A DNA stretch of 64,000 bases from Rhina ancylostomus. Taxonomy: Eukaryota. The DNA lies in the NCBI GenBank assembly GCA_030265395.1, contig JARFYF010000059.1, positions 12,540,563-12,604,562 on the forward strand, in the 5' to 3' direction. The translations under genes and the position numbers were made by a program. Below the pieces are notes generated by a model. That model was not told where the DNA came from. It saw only the letters and a list, made by a program, of their open reading frames with translations, and did no database searches. This document shows, in pieces, positions 12,321 through 26,479 of the stretch (within the stretch, counting starts at the first letter, position 1; each line of letters opens with the position of its first letter).

Positions 12321-12583
12321 TCATAGGACCATCTTCAAACAATGAAAGATATTTGGGCCAATGAATAAAGGTTTGGTCTCAAAGGTGTAGGTTTTAAGCA
12401 ATGTTTTAAAGAGGGAAAGCAAGTCAGAGAGATTTCGGGCAGTGTGGGAACTTTAAAACTGAAAGCACAGCCATCAGTGGTGTCCTCTGTCAGTAAAAGG
12501 AAATACAGCATTGCTGACAGGCCAAAACAGTCACGGTTCGTCTGTTGGTCAAAGCTCATTCTCCGCCTTTTTTTCCCCAACAG

Positions 12584-12720
12584 CCATGAAGACTGACCGT
12601 AAACGATTAAAAGCAGAAAAGGCCGACTTGGTAAACCAAATGCAACAACTATATGCAACACTAGAGAGCCGGGAGGAGCAGCTGCGAGATTTTATAAGGA
12701 ATTATGAGCAACACAGAAAG
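12584..12720 (+). CDS. KAZN: Kazrin internal coding exon (coiled-coil region), 137 nt, phase 1->0
   Basis: Acceptor ttttttccccaacag|CC ATG AAG, donor AAAG|gtaaaa. Encodes (A)MKTDRKRLKAEKADLVNQMQQLYATLESREEQLRDFIRNYEQHRK, near-identical to recalled vertebrate kazrin AMKADRKRLKGEKTDLVSQMQQLYATLESREEQLRDFIRNYEQHRK. Confidence 0.96.
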
Positions 12721-13654
12721 GTAAAACAAAAAGTGCTGGAATTTCACAGTGGATCTGAGGAAACCANNNNNNNNNNNNNNNNNNNNNNNNNNNNNNNNNN
12801 NNNNNNNNNNNNNNNNNNNNNNNNNNNNNNNNNNNNNNNNNNNNNNNNNNNNNNNNNNNNNNNNNNATTTCACAGTGGATCTGAGGAAACCAGGGGTTAA
12901 TTAGGATGAGATGTTCAGAGGTGCTCATTGCTGGGAGTGGCTGGAACTGCTTGCACATGGGGTCAATAAATGGCCTTTCACAACATTAGCCTTATTCTAA
13001 ATGGCCAGTCTAAAAATCATCTCTCTCCACTAATCACCGAACAAACCCAATTTTAAATCAGCTTCTGACTTGTTTCCAGTGAGCATGCAGCCACAACTCA
13101 AAAGGCTTCCAAAGGAAAGCAGTGTTTGGGACAATTAAACAGAGGCCGCTGTGGAAATTACATCACGCCAGTTCAGAAGATATTCTTCTGCAGTTAGAAC
13201 TGAGGCTTTACTCAAGGAATAAAAGGAAATTTTACTTAGTATCTGCACCAGACCAAGGAGTGTGTGAGGGGACAATGTGAAGGCAACTTTACTCTGTTTG
13301 TAAACCATATTGTTCTTCACCTAGGACTTTTCAATGGGGCAATAAAGAATCTGTATCTAGTCCATTATATTACACCTCCAAGGATATCTGATATTATGCG
13401 GATGCCTGAATTGTAAAGTTTCCTTTTCTGGTGTTAACATTCCTTGCCTTCTTGAATGTTAAAATCGTTCTGTATGAGTTAGAAAATAGTCCATAATGAT
13501 TATCTTGCAAATTGATGAACCAAGTCCTTAAAAATCAAAAAAGATACGGGGAATTGTTGAAATGTCAGTTAGTGACAATCAATGATCATTTCATAATAAA
13601 ACAAACACCATCTTAAGCATCATATGGAGGTTCGAGCATCTCACTGCTCAGATC

Positions 13655-13952
13655 CACCCTTATTCTCCTACAGCTGCTCCTCTACCCCACCCTCATTCTT
13701 CCACTCTTGCCCTCCCCCACTCCCTCCAATTACGGCCTCTGAACTCACTCCTACTCCCACCCCTCTCAACTCCGTCCCACTGTTGCCACCCCCAGCCTCC
13801 CTCCCACTCTCGTCTCCCCCAATTTCCACCCACTCTTGCCTCCCGTCCCTCCCACTCTCAGCCCGCACTCCCACCTCCCTTTTCTGCTGTTGCCTCCTTT
13901 ACTCTTCCCCCCCCCAATTTTCTTCCACCTCCACCCTCTGCCCTTCCTTCTT
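13655..13952. repeat. Pyrimidine/C-rich low-complexity tract upstream of a KAZN exon
   Basis: About 300 nt dominated by C/T (ccactc, cctccc motifs). Confidence 0.7.
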
Positions 13953-14119
13953 TAGAGGCCAAATATTCACAGGGCATTGGTGTCCCAGGGCTTCACTTCT
14001 CAGGATGCGGATGGACTTTCTGGGTTTTAATGGTCACCTCTAGTTGTTTCAGGGTTCAGATATCCCACTCTAGTTCCAAGTGCTGAGATAACTTGCCAAC
14101 TTCATTCCCACCCTTACAG

Positions 14120-14290
14120 GAGAGTGAAGATGCAGTGAAGGTTTTAGGAAAAGAGAAAGACTCACTGGAACGAGAGAAATGGGATCTACGTAGACAAGCC
14201 AAGGAGGCAACTGATCATGTGACTGCACTCCGAACACAGCTGGACCTGAAAGAGAACAGGATCAAAGAACTGGAGGCAGAGTTGGCCATG
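14120..14290 (+). CDS. KAZN: Kazrin internal coding exon (coiled coil), 171 nt, phase 0->0
   Basis: Acceptor cccttacag|GAG, donor ATG|gtaagt. Encodes ESEDAVKVLGKEKDSLEREKWDLRRQAKEATDHVTALRTQLDLKENRIKELEAELAM, in frame with the previous exon. Confidence 0.96.
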
Positions 14291-15559
14291 GTAAGTGATG
14301 GGATCTGCCACACCCTGTTCTATTTCAGGTGCCGAATTTCTCACTTGAACTCATGGGAAATGTTGTGGCCAGATGGACGAAGCAGTCATTATTGAGCGCC
14401 TTCCTTTTCCGAATGTTCTCAACATGGCCTCACCAGCGGGCAGAACACCATCTGGCTTGCAGACATCTGCTCTGGTTCATGTATGCTTTCTAAGTTATTG
14501 ATGTGGAAATGGAACGGTCAATGACAGTACAGCTTTGGACAATATGTTAGGGAACAGTATGATAAGGGTTGGGGCTGGGTGTCATTTTTTAAAATCTTTT
14601 ACATTAGTCTATCTCCTGCTGATGGGTTGTTCTTTACCATTGATATGTCTGATATTGTAACTGGTAAATGTAGTGACAACATGCAAACTGAGTGACTTCA
14701 CTGATTTCCCCTCCCTCCCAGATTTGACTGGTAAGATCTTCGGTCAGATTAGCTCAAAATACTGCCAGTCTGCTGCCATTAGCAGTTCTTCACCCTTTGG
14801 GAAACGTATGTTGACTTATTTGATTTAACAACACTCTCACAGCAGTTCCTTTCATTTGAATTCTCATTAGACAGAAAACAAACATGTAAGTTTTCTACAG
14901 CTGCAGAATCCAGAAGGATTGCTCAATAAATGAGGTGCAACACTGGCCTATTTTGTGATGTTGGTGCATGATCAGCTGAGAGCTGTTCTTCACTGTCTAG
15001 TGGTGAGACCAGCTCTGAGAAAGGTGAAGAAAGTGAGCTGGACCAGGACCCAAGAACACATTTACAATGAGCCGAGAGGGGGCCAGAGAGGGTTCAGAGA
15101 ATGGCCCTGAGCTTGAGTAGGATCAGAGTGGCCAGGATCAAAGGCGGCCACACACCCAAGTGACCATGAACAAGAGAGGAAACACTACTGAAACAATCCC
15201 TAAGTGAGGGCGGGAAAGTATTACAGTGACGATGGAGTGAGGGTGGAAACAAGATCGAAGTGAGAGGTTAGGGGAATGGTTACTGAGTGAATCTGAGCAT
15301 AAATCTTGGGAGCTGATTTGTGTTTTTGCTCACAATTTGGGACCTGCCCTTCACCTTCCTTAGCCGGTTGTTGAGTGGGTATGACATTAGGCAGTTACAG
15401 GGTCTGTTGTTCTGCTTTCTACGTAAAACTAGCTTGACAGTACTCAGGGATTGTGAAAGTGGATAGTTGGAATAGATGGTTCCAGACACAACCCAAGTAA
15501 AGTTGCCCTCTGAAGTGAATTGTACCATTACTGCTATGTTTAGACAGAGAAGGGGAAGA

Positions 15560-17420
15560 AGTGGACAGACATCCTCCACCAACCTCTGCTCCGATATCGG
15601 ATACAGTAAAGTCACTACCAGCCCTGTCAATCTTGAAAATTCCTCTTCACGGATATCTGTGCGCTAGTGTCTAAATTGGGAGAACTGTCAAACAGACTGG
15701 ATAATCAACAGCCTGGCATAGTGTACTCACAGAATCACACTTTGCAGTTAATGTGCCAGACTCCTCTATCATAATCCCTGAGTGTGTCTTGTTCCACTTC
15801 ATGAAAAACACCAGAGGTGGTACCTCATTTGTATACAGGCAGGAGGGAGTTTCTCTTGGAGACCTCAGTATTGACTCCAGACCCCATAAAGTCTCATGAC
15901 ATCAGGTCAAAAATGGACCAGGCCATCTGCTCCTCATTACCACCCACTGTCACGCAGCATGTCCTCAACTACTCTCCAGCGCCCATTGTGGGTTTCACCA
16001 GGGCTACTCAGCTTCAGCCCTCATCATGGTTTGGGTCCAGATGTGGACCAAAGAGCCAAGTTCTCATGGTCAGGTGAAGTGACTGCCCTTGACATCAAGG
16101 CAGGATTTGATGGGGTGTGACATAAAGGCACTCTAGTAAAACTGAACTCAGTGGGCATCAAAGAGAAAATATTTAAATAGTTCAGACATAGGTCACACAA
16201 AGGAAATGGCTTGTTGGCGGTCAAGCATCCCAACCCCAGGACATCACTGAAGTTCATTCCATCACTTTTACCAGTGCTATCATGGACAAATATATCCACC
16301 ACAGGTAGGTTGGGATAGCAAAGGTGCAGCAGGTAGTGCTGCCACCTCACAGCTCCAACAACCTGCGTTCGATCCTGACCTCTGGTGCTGTCTGTGTGGA
16401 GTTTGTACCTTTGTACCATGAATTTCCCTGGGTCCTTTGGTTTCCTCCAACATCACAAAAACATGCTGTTAGTAGGTTAATTGGTTCCTGTAAATTACTT
16501 CAAGTGTAGGTGGATGTGGGAGAATTGGTTGAGTTGATAGACTTATTAAAGGGCCAAATGGCCACCTCCGATGTCATTAGAAAATACAACCAATATGATT
16601 GGATTAGAAGTGGGGATGTTCACTGATGATTACACAACATTCAATTCCATTTGCAACTCCTTGGCCGATGATTCAGTCCATGCCTCGACACAGGAAAGCC
16701 TGTCTATCATTTGGGCTTGAGATGATGTGACAAGTAACATTTGGTGCCTCAAAAGTGCCAAGCAATGATGATCTCCATTAGAGTGGCTAACCACCTCCCC
16801 TTAACAATACCATTGTCAAGTCCCCCACCATTAATAATGTGTGTGTCACCACTGACCAGAAACTCAGCTAGACAGCCACATAATTATCATGGCTGTAGGA
16901 ACAGGTTGGAGTAAAATGGCTGTAAGAACAGGTCATAGGCAGGGTGTTTTGTGATGACCTACAAGGCACTGGTCAGCACCACCAATCCTCCAGAAGTTTG
17001 ATACCATCCAAGGCAAAGTAGCCCTCTTGATTGGCACCCGAACAACCACGATAAGCATGCATTTCCTTCACCATTGGCACAAAGTGACTGCAATATATGC
17101 CACCTACAAAATACATTGCAATTACCCGGCTGCTCTGTCAGAACCTTCCAAACCTGCAGTCTCCACCACCCTGAAGAACAAAGGCAGCAGGCACAAGAGA
17201 ATTCCATCACCTGCAAGTTTCCCTCTGAGTCACAAACCATCTTAGATTTGAAAATATATTGTTGGTCCTTCATTATTGCCCAGTCTAAATCACGGAAATC
17301 CATTCCCACCAGCATTTTGGGTTTACCTTCAATAGAGGAACCGCAGTGAGTCAAGAATGCTGCTCACCACCACCTTCTCAACCTCAGTTCGGACTGAGCA
17401 ATAAATGCTGGTCTCAATCC
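15560..17420 (+). mobile_element. Long decayed CR1/L2-clade LINE (endonuclease, RT, 3' tail) interrupted by a V-SINE
   Basis: EVTALDIKAGFDGV (RT motif A-like) at 16075-16118; gttcactgatgatt (FADD-like) at ~16620; 3' region matches 5629-5972. Confidence 0.75.
16306..16580 (+). mobile_element. V-SINE (older copy) nested in the LINE
   Basis: gctgccacctcacagctcc...gttcgatcctgacctctggtgctgtctgtgtggagtttg...ggtttcctccaacatc. Confidence 0.8.
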
Positions 17421-20400
17421 CAAAAGTGAATTGAAAAAGTCACAAGCAAAGGCTATTTGTCTTATTGTGGCTGTGCCATAGTCTTGNNNNNNNNNNNNNN
17501 TTTTATCCAATTCCCTTTTGAAAGTTATTATTTAAGAGAGTATCCACCAATGAGTTTCATGGGAAAAATTGAGAAATGAAGAAGAAAAATTAATTAACCA
17601 GCAGACAGCAACTTTAACCATTTGGTGCTGAACAAACACTTAAAAAAAACAAATTTCTGAAGTGTAGCAAGTACAAATAAAGGACTGTGCTCAGCCTATC
17701 TATGTAGGGGAGTCCTGGGACATGGAGTTAGGAAACTTGAATGCAATACTTTGTGACAGATTATGCCCAAGGTTCTATAATATTGCGTGCAGTCTATTGG
17801 TTTGAGCTACGCAATGGGATTAATACACAGTTCTGTTTCTTTGTGATGATCTGTTTCATTGTGGGGGGGTGTAGGGGTAAATACTTTTTTGCATTGTGTA
17901 ATAGCTGTTGCAAGAGATTTAAAGGACCAGGAGTAATCAAGCAATGTCCTTTCCAAAATCCTGATATGGAAATGCACATAAAGGCAAGTGGGGTGTTTCC
18001 TCCATTTCATCAAGACACGTTCAAATGGAGAGTTAAATGAATAAACCACCTCTGCCCCAGTAGGAATTTCTCCCTTGGTCCAGATACTATGACGCAGTCA
18101 CTGTACTAATCTGTGACAGACTGGGGTGGCAAGGTACCTGAAACAAAGATAAAGTTTCCTATGATGTCTGTAAGTGCTAACGTATATGTATTTCTCCTTC
18201 TTAAAAGCAGGCACAAGAGGATCATTAACCTTTATTTTGCTCCTTTCTGTTCAGCCTTGTGCTTTCATATGTGCAAGGCAGGGAGAGACTCTTGTTGAAT
18301 CCCATCTATTAACTGTCATCACAGTTGATGATTGATTGCCCACTCAAGGTTTACAAATGGTGTCGTCAACAAGGTGTTCTAGCAAGGAGTCAGCATGGAC
18401 TCGAAAGGCCGAATGGTCTCCTCCTTTGCTGAGACAATTTGATGATTCTGTACTCCAGCAAAGAGCCAGCACAGATGCAGCAGGCTTAATTCGCCTCTTT
18501 TTCTGCCATATCATGTCATGGAAGGTGCACGTGTGGCATTCTGTCTTAGAAGTGATCAGCAATGTCCTGGGAGAAGGCTGGAAATCCCAGACAGGGGTCC
18601 CACTGAAGGAAAGCTGGCTCTGAAGCTCCTGCCCCTTTGTAAACAATGCATACGTTGAGTTCAAGCATGCCAGAGTAAATTACTGCGGATTTATGTATCA
18701 GCCACAGCTGTTAACGTTGTTGAGGGCTGAGAAACAACTAGACTTATTTGGAGTGATTTGTAGTATGCAGGCTGTGTGTCAAACTGCTCACGTACTGGGC
18801 AAGAAAAACACATTTGCAAACAGAGAGGAGCTACAGTTCATCGGAACTTCAGTGGATGCTGTAAGACAGAAGCCACAACATCACATCCTGTCATCACAAT
18901 TCAATAGACCAAGAGCACAAACATGTTGCTGTCATTGGAGTGAATGTAGCACTCCGAGTTTCACCGAATAGCTCAGGTTATTGATGTTTGACTGTATTGG
19001 GTGAGATAAACCTTCACTTTGTTGAACTGGAGTTTTCATTCACCAGTCTCTAGTTCACTCATCCCTTCCTCAGTGCAAGCAGCATAGCTCAGGGAGCTGA
19101 TATCACACTGTCCCCTGGGTAGATGAAGGACTCTAATCACAGGAGAACAAATAGTGCACAGTGCAGTTTACAGTCCCAGTGGGTTTTATATTATGTGGTT
19201 CAGTGTGGAGCAGTGGAAGATGTTCAGGATCAAACACTTCACACTCATAGTGAAAGCATTAATCCGTCTAAAATAAACAGGTTTACATTAAGAAAAATAT
19301 CGCACAGACACATTGAGCAATCATCCGTAAAAGCCAATGTGTATTATTTCTAGCCTGTTCACTGGGCTGAGCTGACCTTTTATCTTATCACTTAGTTGTT
19401 GATTTCAGTGTGCTGCCACAGATCGGTTTTGACATCAAATTAAAATGTATTCCTTCCATCGAACTGTGTCGTTGGTTCAGGATGATTCCATTGTGAAGCC
19501 AGAAATAACCTAGAGAGGCAAGACCTTGGGTCAACTTTGGAGCTCCTTTCATTTCACTAAAGGCAGTTTTGAGAGTCTGCCACTCCAATCAGTGGTAGCA
19601 TGCTGCTGGTGTTCTCTATTCAGTTCATTCAGCTTGTTCCCAGTGCATGCTATTGATTATTTTCACTCTCCTTCCTATATCTGAAACAGTTTCCATGATA
19701 TACTGATTTCATCTTCTCTTTTATTCCTTTCATCTTTCTTTGCTTCATTTTAGTGCTCTGCTTTTACCCTCCCAGAGTATTTTACCTAACTAGCTGTTAC
19801 CCTCTCATACCCTGATCTAACTGCGCCACCTATTGGTGTTGCAAGAATTACCCTGTGTATTTGAGGACAGCTCAAGTCAAAAGACCTGTAGGGCAGAACA
19901 CAGTAGGTCATTCTATTTGACATGCTATCTCCCCAGATAATGAACCGTATGGGCCAGAAAATGGAATATCGCATTTTCGATCGTTCAGCTGAGAAGGAGT
20001 CCTTCCCTCGAGTGCTGGCGGTAAGACGTGCACTGAGAAAATATATCACGCACTATGTGTATTTGAATGGTGTTCTGTTGTACGATTGGCACCAATCAAT
20101 CACCTTAGGCCACCTTAACTCCGGCATAGGTCTTGAGCTGGTGTGCACGTTTATGTCCTGTTACTAACCGGTGATTGGTATGTTCCTGCATCTCTCACAC
20201 CGCTTTGGGGCAGGTTTTGTGTAGCTGGAGTATGTGATAAGGTCTGCGCCAGGGCTCTCACCAATCAAGCTTTTTTCACCTCTGTTTCCCTACTCACATC
20301 TTCCTCCTCTTCCCCCAACTGTGGTTAATTGTGCATTTCTCTTCCCTGCTGCCCTGAAGTCACCACTGGTGCCTTCAGACATCATGAGCCAACCTGTAGA

Positions 20401-23270
20401 ATGACCTTCATGCAAATCTTCCTATCTTTCTTTCACTTACAAGATCCTGGAACTTCCTACTAACAAGACTTAGGGAGCACCTTCAGCATACAGGCTCCTG
20501 TGATTAAAGGAGGCATCTCACTGACACCACCTCATCAAAAATAAATTGGGAAGGAGAATAAATGCCTGTCTTGTCACCAACTTTCACATTCCAACCAATG
20601 AATAGACCTTTTCAAAAAAATATCTAACTCTTTGACTAAATCTTTTGGTGTGAGGTGTCCTGGGAATCTTTGGTACCTACCAATGCTACATAGAAGTATA
20701 AATTAATGATTGAAAATTAGTTGGCTCTGGATTTAGCAGGAATTTGGCCAAGGAAGGGGACTGTAAGCAATCTAGCACCTAACAATTGGTGAAACACTGG
20801 CCTCATATTAATCCTTCATCCAAAGGATCAAAGCTTTGTTCCTTTTAAGATGCACTAGAGTGTTATTTTGGAATGTGCATTAAAATCCTTAGCTTTCCAA
20901 TATCCTGCTGCCTTTGGCTGCATGGCTACATTAGAAAGCGTGAGAGAGGGAAAATGAAAATTAATTTGATTAGGAAAGGTAGTCTCACGAGTAAGAATTG
21001 AAGTCAGGTTGAGGGATGTAACATATTCACAACCAAGTGCTGACAATTTCACCCATCTGGATGTTGCTCCCCTTTGCTTAAACTCTTACCATTGTATTTT
21101 CATGCCATTTATTTCATGCCCACCATTCTGAGTACCTTGCGCCTGTTTTTCTGTAAAATTCCTAATCCAGAGGTTGACGGAAAATAGCTCTGGCAAAAGA
21201 TTTCCTTTTTTTTTAGCTTTCTGCTCCAAATCATGTTTAGTGTCACCCCACATCCCAAATTCTTTGGTGATTAAACCTTTGGATGACCCATGTGGGAAGG
21301 TCTCATTGCCTTCCAATACATTCTAGCCAATTACGGTTTCCTGGGGATTTTATGGTCTTGTTAATGGGGTCAGGCAGAGAGATCTCCAGTCTTCTCTGAA
21401 ATCTGTCACTGCTTTTCCCCATGTTTCCCTGTTTGTCGCCATGCACAAGAATTAGAAGAGAGGAAGACACCAAAGGCAGAGCATTGATATTTTCTCCTCA
21501 CCTTTCTCGTGCAGGTGTGCCAACCCATTGGATTCCATCTGGATTGATCATTAGTTTTCAGGGTCTCATTCAACAAGACTTGACCAAGATATTTAACTCA
21601 CTGTTTTATTCTACAGGAAGATTTGTAGATATTACATCAGCATTAGATTAGGCATTAACATTAAAGTGCAAGTTCACCTGAGAAAGATATTTTTTAATGA
21701 GGACTTGTTAATAGTGAGCTTCCACTTAGGCTGCCCCAGCAACATTTCTGCCCACTGTTATACGATGCCAAATACCAAAGAATTGGACAAGCCACATTCT
21801 GAATTCTACCACCACTGAGTGACTTTTCATTGTGCAAATAGGTGTTGTGTGAAAATTTAATTCATCCACGATTATGGTGGTAAAACTTCAGTGACATTTG
21901 AAGAGCGACTTTAGTGTATGTTGAGAAAGAATAAGTACTGCGTGTGTACAGAAAAGTTACGCGCGCTGATGAGAGATCTGGACACAATGTCTGGTTTCAG
22001 CATACTGTCAGTCATTACCATTGGCATAAAGTCAAGCTGTTCTGCTTCTAAAGTCACATCAGCAAGGAGCAAGCAGTTGTTCTACACCAGCACAAGGGCA
22101 TCTCCCTTCACTGACACTGATGTACCCCAGCCTTGATTGTGACTCCGTACACTATGTTATACCCTTTCTGTCACCGATGCATCTCACACTTCCATCATAG
22201 TCTCTCCCTACCAGTCCTTTCCGCAACACTGACATCTCCTACATTCCTGACCTACATCCGGTGTATCCCACATCTGTAACACAGAGTACATCAGCACTCC
22301 TGATGGTAACGCTCTGATGTATCCCCTCACCTTATACCATTGTGGGTATACTCCAAACTACTCACTAATACTGACACACCCACAGTAGCATTCATATATA
22401 CTCCAGTTGCGTCATTGTCATGAATTGGCCCTCTTCCCTTTCCTGCTCCTTCTCAGTTGGTAATTATTTAATTGAGAATCCCCAGGTCCTTGCGTATCTC
22501 ATCCAGCAGTGCTCTGCACACAGGGCCATTCAGCTATATATAGCAAATATCAAAAGAAAACATGGTTTTACTAAGAAGGGATGAAATGCAAAGCAAGCAA
22601 GCTAAAGCAGTGAGGCAGTGTGACAGGCAGTGATGCATTCCATTCAGTCTCTGGTGGGCCTTTGGAATGTGGAAGGCGGAGGTTCCAGTGTAAACTGTTT
22701 ATTGCAGGATATCAAGCTGTACCTTATCAGTAACACTGAAAAATAAAGCTAAGGAAGGAAACAAGCCATAAAGGCAATGTTCCAATAAGGCTTGGCATTG
22801 AGGCACTGTTTGTTATAGCGATGCACTAACTACTTGGTTCATTTTCTGGATTGTTCAAGAAATTGATTGTTAAAATTTTATGCAAATCCCAACTCACCAA
22901 CACCTGTGGAAGGCAACAGCTAGAACTTCTAGACCTGCCCGCCTTCTGACTTGGTGTCCCAAATGTTTTAGTCACATTACCCTACATTTGTGATCTTCCA
23001 GATCTTGGCGATTTCTTGCATAAGGGGTTTATGTTGACATTTTTGCACCTATTTGTTACTTAACCATGGAGCTTCAGGGCAGTTTACAAAGTCTTAATTC
23101 AAACTGGACATTTTCAAGATTAACAAGATTGTGTGTGTTTCAATTTTGGCAGACTGTGAAAGATGTACTGTATTGTCTTTTAAGTACTTCCATGATTTTT
23201 TGTACCATTTCTTCAGTGTAGCAACAAAAGAGCAGTGCAAACAGCCGACAAAGCAAGAGGCATAAAAAGT

Positions 23271-23286
23271 ACACANNNNNNNNNNN

Positions 23287-23357
<71 letters not shown>
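23271..23357. repeat. (CA)n microsatellite interrupted by a short gap
   Basis: Pure CA run 23287-23357; source of the VCVCVC ORFs. Confidence 0.97.
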
Positions 23358-23358
<1 letters not shown>

Positions 23359-25060
23359 ATGCAAAATGATTACCAATGCCCCCAGGTGTCAAAGTGATGT
23401 TTAAATGTGGTGTTAGTCTAGTTTGCCTCAGCCTCTAGCATTCGGAGTCTGTGAAATAGTCAGTAATGTGGACTGGTGGAAGATGATGTGAATGGCTGCC
23501 AGTCTGAAAGGTTGAAATTCTCTTGTGGGGAAAGTCTTAAGTTCTGAAGGACTGAGATTAATTGCCTCTGCTAAATATGCCTCCATCACTTACCACTCCT
23601 TCCAAACCCAGCTGTGTCTCCGATCTACTGGCCAGAGTTCTTGGTTAGTACAGAAAAGCCGCATCAACCAACATTGTGTTTCACTACCTGGGAAAAAAGC
23701 CAAGTGTTTTTGTGTATCAGCCTGCAAGTCCTTCAAATTGAAATCCCTACTTTTCATCTGACAAAATGCCTGCTGTAAATGCATTTATATTCCTTTTCTC
23801 TTTCTTTCTGTGGCCTGGTGGGTTATGTTCCCGAGGTGCTGCCTGTTTTGCCGCAGATAGTATTTTGGATTTTTTTAAAATGAGGCATTTAATCACTTCA
23901 CAAATAAAAGAGTTCTTGTACTCTGCTTCAATCCATGTCTCACAATGATGAAAGACTTTTGTGCCCATTGTTGTTCTTCTGTCTGATCTGACTGCTTTCT
24001 TTACCCCTTGGGTGAGGCTGGTCTGATTGGCTTTCCAATGGTTGGCCATTTCAAATCATTGCACATCACTCAAAACTTCTGCTTGCTGTTCCCGCCAGAG
24101 CTCACCCCAATAACAGACAGCAGTTATTAACACTTCACCATGATATTCAAATCACTCTTGTTCCCTGTTCTTCTGAAGATGCTAGGATTAATTTCCAAAA
24201 TTGCTTATTACCTCCCATGTCTTCACCTCCCAAATGTTCACACTCCACGAGTGGACCCCACCACCCTGGACTAAGGATATTATCGTGACCAAGACCAAAC
24301 CACAAACCACACTGCCCAACACGAAAACACATTNNNNNNNNNNTTCCACACTTGAGGGCATATTTAACTGTGCATTAGTATGCTGGATGCTTCATTCACC
24401 CACAGGATCATTTAAGTTATTTCTTACATTTAGCCCCTACCATCCACCCACCACTCACCAACCCATCCCAGGGGACATGAATTACCAACAAGGAGTCTAC
24501 TACCTGGCCACACTCTGTTCCAGTCACCAGATTGTTCTCTTGCTCTTTTTTTCCTAAAAGTATTGTGGTTAGTGGAGCTAGGTGACTAATTTATTCGAGC
24601 CAGTTCTCCAACCACAGCTTTTCAGAGAAGTGTCACTCCTGATTACTCCACCTGAGAATTTCCTCAGCTCACACTGGTAGCCATCAAATTGATCTGTGGA
24701 CCTAGGACCTCAAATGGATGACCACATCAGCCTGAAGACACTGCAAATAACTCTAGTAGGCCAGCCAACTACAGTACTGCTATTTCAGAGCATTTGAATC
24801 CTGATCAGAGGTAGTATTGTGTGTTTTTGTGAATGCACGCAGTCTTGCATGAGTTTCTCAGTAACCATAGGTAGTCCTAGGTTCTTGCTGAATGACCTGG
24901 TTTGGAACATGTTTAACCCTTTTTATGGTGATTGTGCTGTAGATGACATTGAGGGTCCTGCACGTTTTTCCCTGTAGTGGTCGTTCTTATGATACAAGGG
25001 TGCCCTTTCAGAAGACCCTTTCATCCGCAGGATTTCACCCAGCTTCTTCTTCTCTTGTAG

Positions 25061-25247
25061 GCTAAGCAGTCCCTAGCCACACTGACCAAGGATGTCCCCA
25101 AGAGGCACTCACTGGCGATGCCGAGCGAGAGCATGTTAAACGGGAATCAGGAGTGGGTGACGCAGTCAGACCTTCCACTCACTGCAGCAATTCGACAGAG
25201 CCAGCAGACATTGTATCATGCACACCACCACTCGGTAGACAGGCAAG
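25061..25247 (+). CDS. KAZN: Kazrin internal coding exon, 187 nt, phase 0->1 (missed by ORF track)
   Basis: Acceptor cttcttctcttgtag|GCT, donor CAAG|gtaaga. Hand translation AKQSLATLTKDVPKRHSLAMPSESMLNGNQEWVTQSDLPLTAAIRQSQQTLYHAHHHSVDRQ matches the recalled kazrin segment. Confidence 0.95.
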
Positions 25248-26479
25248 GTAAGAGGTCATAAGCCAAGGGAACTTAAGGTTTGTTAATTCTGACTTTTCTT
25301 TCTGTCCAAATGTTATTATAAATAACCACCGATATCCTTCAATTGATCCCATGCTAACATTTTCTTGCACCTTTCCAGATTTACATTTCCTGCCTAAAGA
25401 ATTTACAGCACAGAAGTAGACCATTGAGCCATTGTGCCTGTGCTGAAACTACCTCTTCAACTAGACAGTCAAATCCCATCCTAATTTACTCTTATTTCCC
25501 TAATGCTTCTGCATTCTTCCTTTTGAAATATGGATCTGGTTCCCTTTTGTCTCATTGTGATAAATGTACTCTTACCTAGAAATTGAGTTTCAATTTGTTT
25601 TGGGTGCACCAACCTTTGCTGTTTTGCATGAACACTGAAAGGCGTATTCCCCACAAAATGTAGTGTAATTGGGCCTAAATGATGTTTAAAACCACGTGCA
25701 GGTTGCTTATGCCAGGAATCATGTATTAACATGGAATCACACTTGGTTAAGTGCAGCTGCCAACAATTTGCAGTGTGTACAATCTGACAAGAATTATCCC
25801 TTAAAGGCACACTCCCCAATGCAACCAGATACCAGCGACACACAGCATAGCTGCCATGCAGGAACAGCAGCTGCAGTGGAGAGGAAGCAGGCTTCCAGAC
25901 ACCCAGTGAGTGCATGAAATTCTTCATCTGAGAGAAATGTACCAGAAGGGAGATCTTGTGTGCTGAGGTCCAGGAGACTTGTAAGGGTCATCATAAAATG
26001 AGCGATAGAAGATGATCACAGTGAATCCCACTTGACAAGGCAATGCAGAAATAAATCTCATGGTCACACACGACTTGTCAGGGTGAGCTGCAAAGAAGTG
26101 AAATTGGTCGTACCAAGCCACTTCAGTAACTGAGGCAAAGGTTCAGTCATCCATTAGTTATGATCAGTNNNNNNNNNNCTGCAGAGTAGGGATTTTGATC
26201 TATCATCTGGGTTCTTTTGTCTGATTATTCATGAACCCTGTTGGTGTGAAGGATTACATTGTGCTCAATCGGTGTGGATTGGGCATAGTGGTGTAGCAAT
26301 TCCTTGTGAGAATAACCCACCCCTCAACCCCCTTCTCAGCTTTTCTGGGAGATGAGGCTGATGGTGTTCCACTGTAATTTTTCCCCACCAGCCTTCCCTG
26401 TTGTCCTCCCTCTCTTGCTCCTGCTTTACCTCAGTTTCTGTGTAAGGTACAGGTCAGCATATTGCTCCCACTTTGCCAT

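Noticed and set aside
12741-12892. 26-bp direct repeat (atttcacagtggatctgaggaaacca) on both sides of an N run, superficially CRISPR- or tandem-like
   Set aside because: It flanks a round 100-N gap; typical unmerged contig overlap. The host is a vertebrate.
13624-14043. 139-aa Pro/Ser-rich ORF
   Set aside because: A by-product of a C/T-rich low-complexity tract; no splice or homology support.
23094-23376. Cys/Val-rich ORFs
   Set aside because: Translation of a (CA)n microsatellite.
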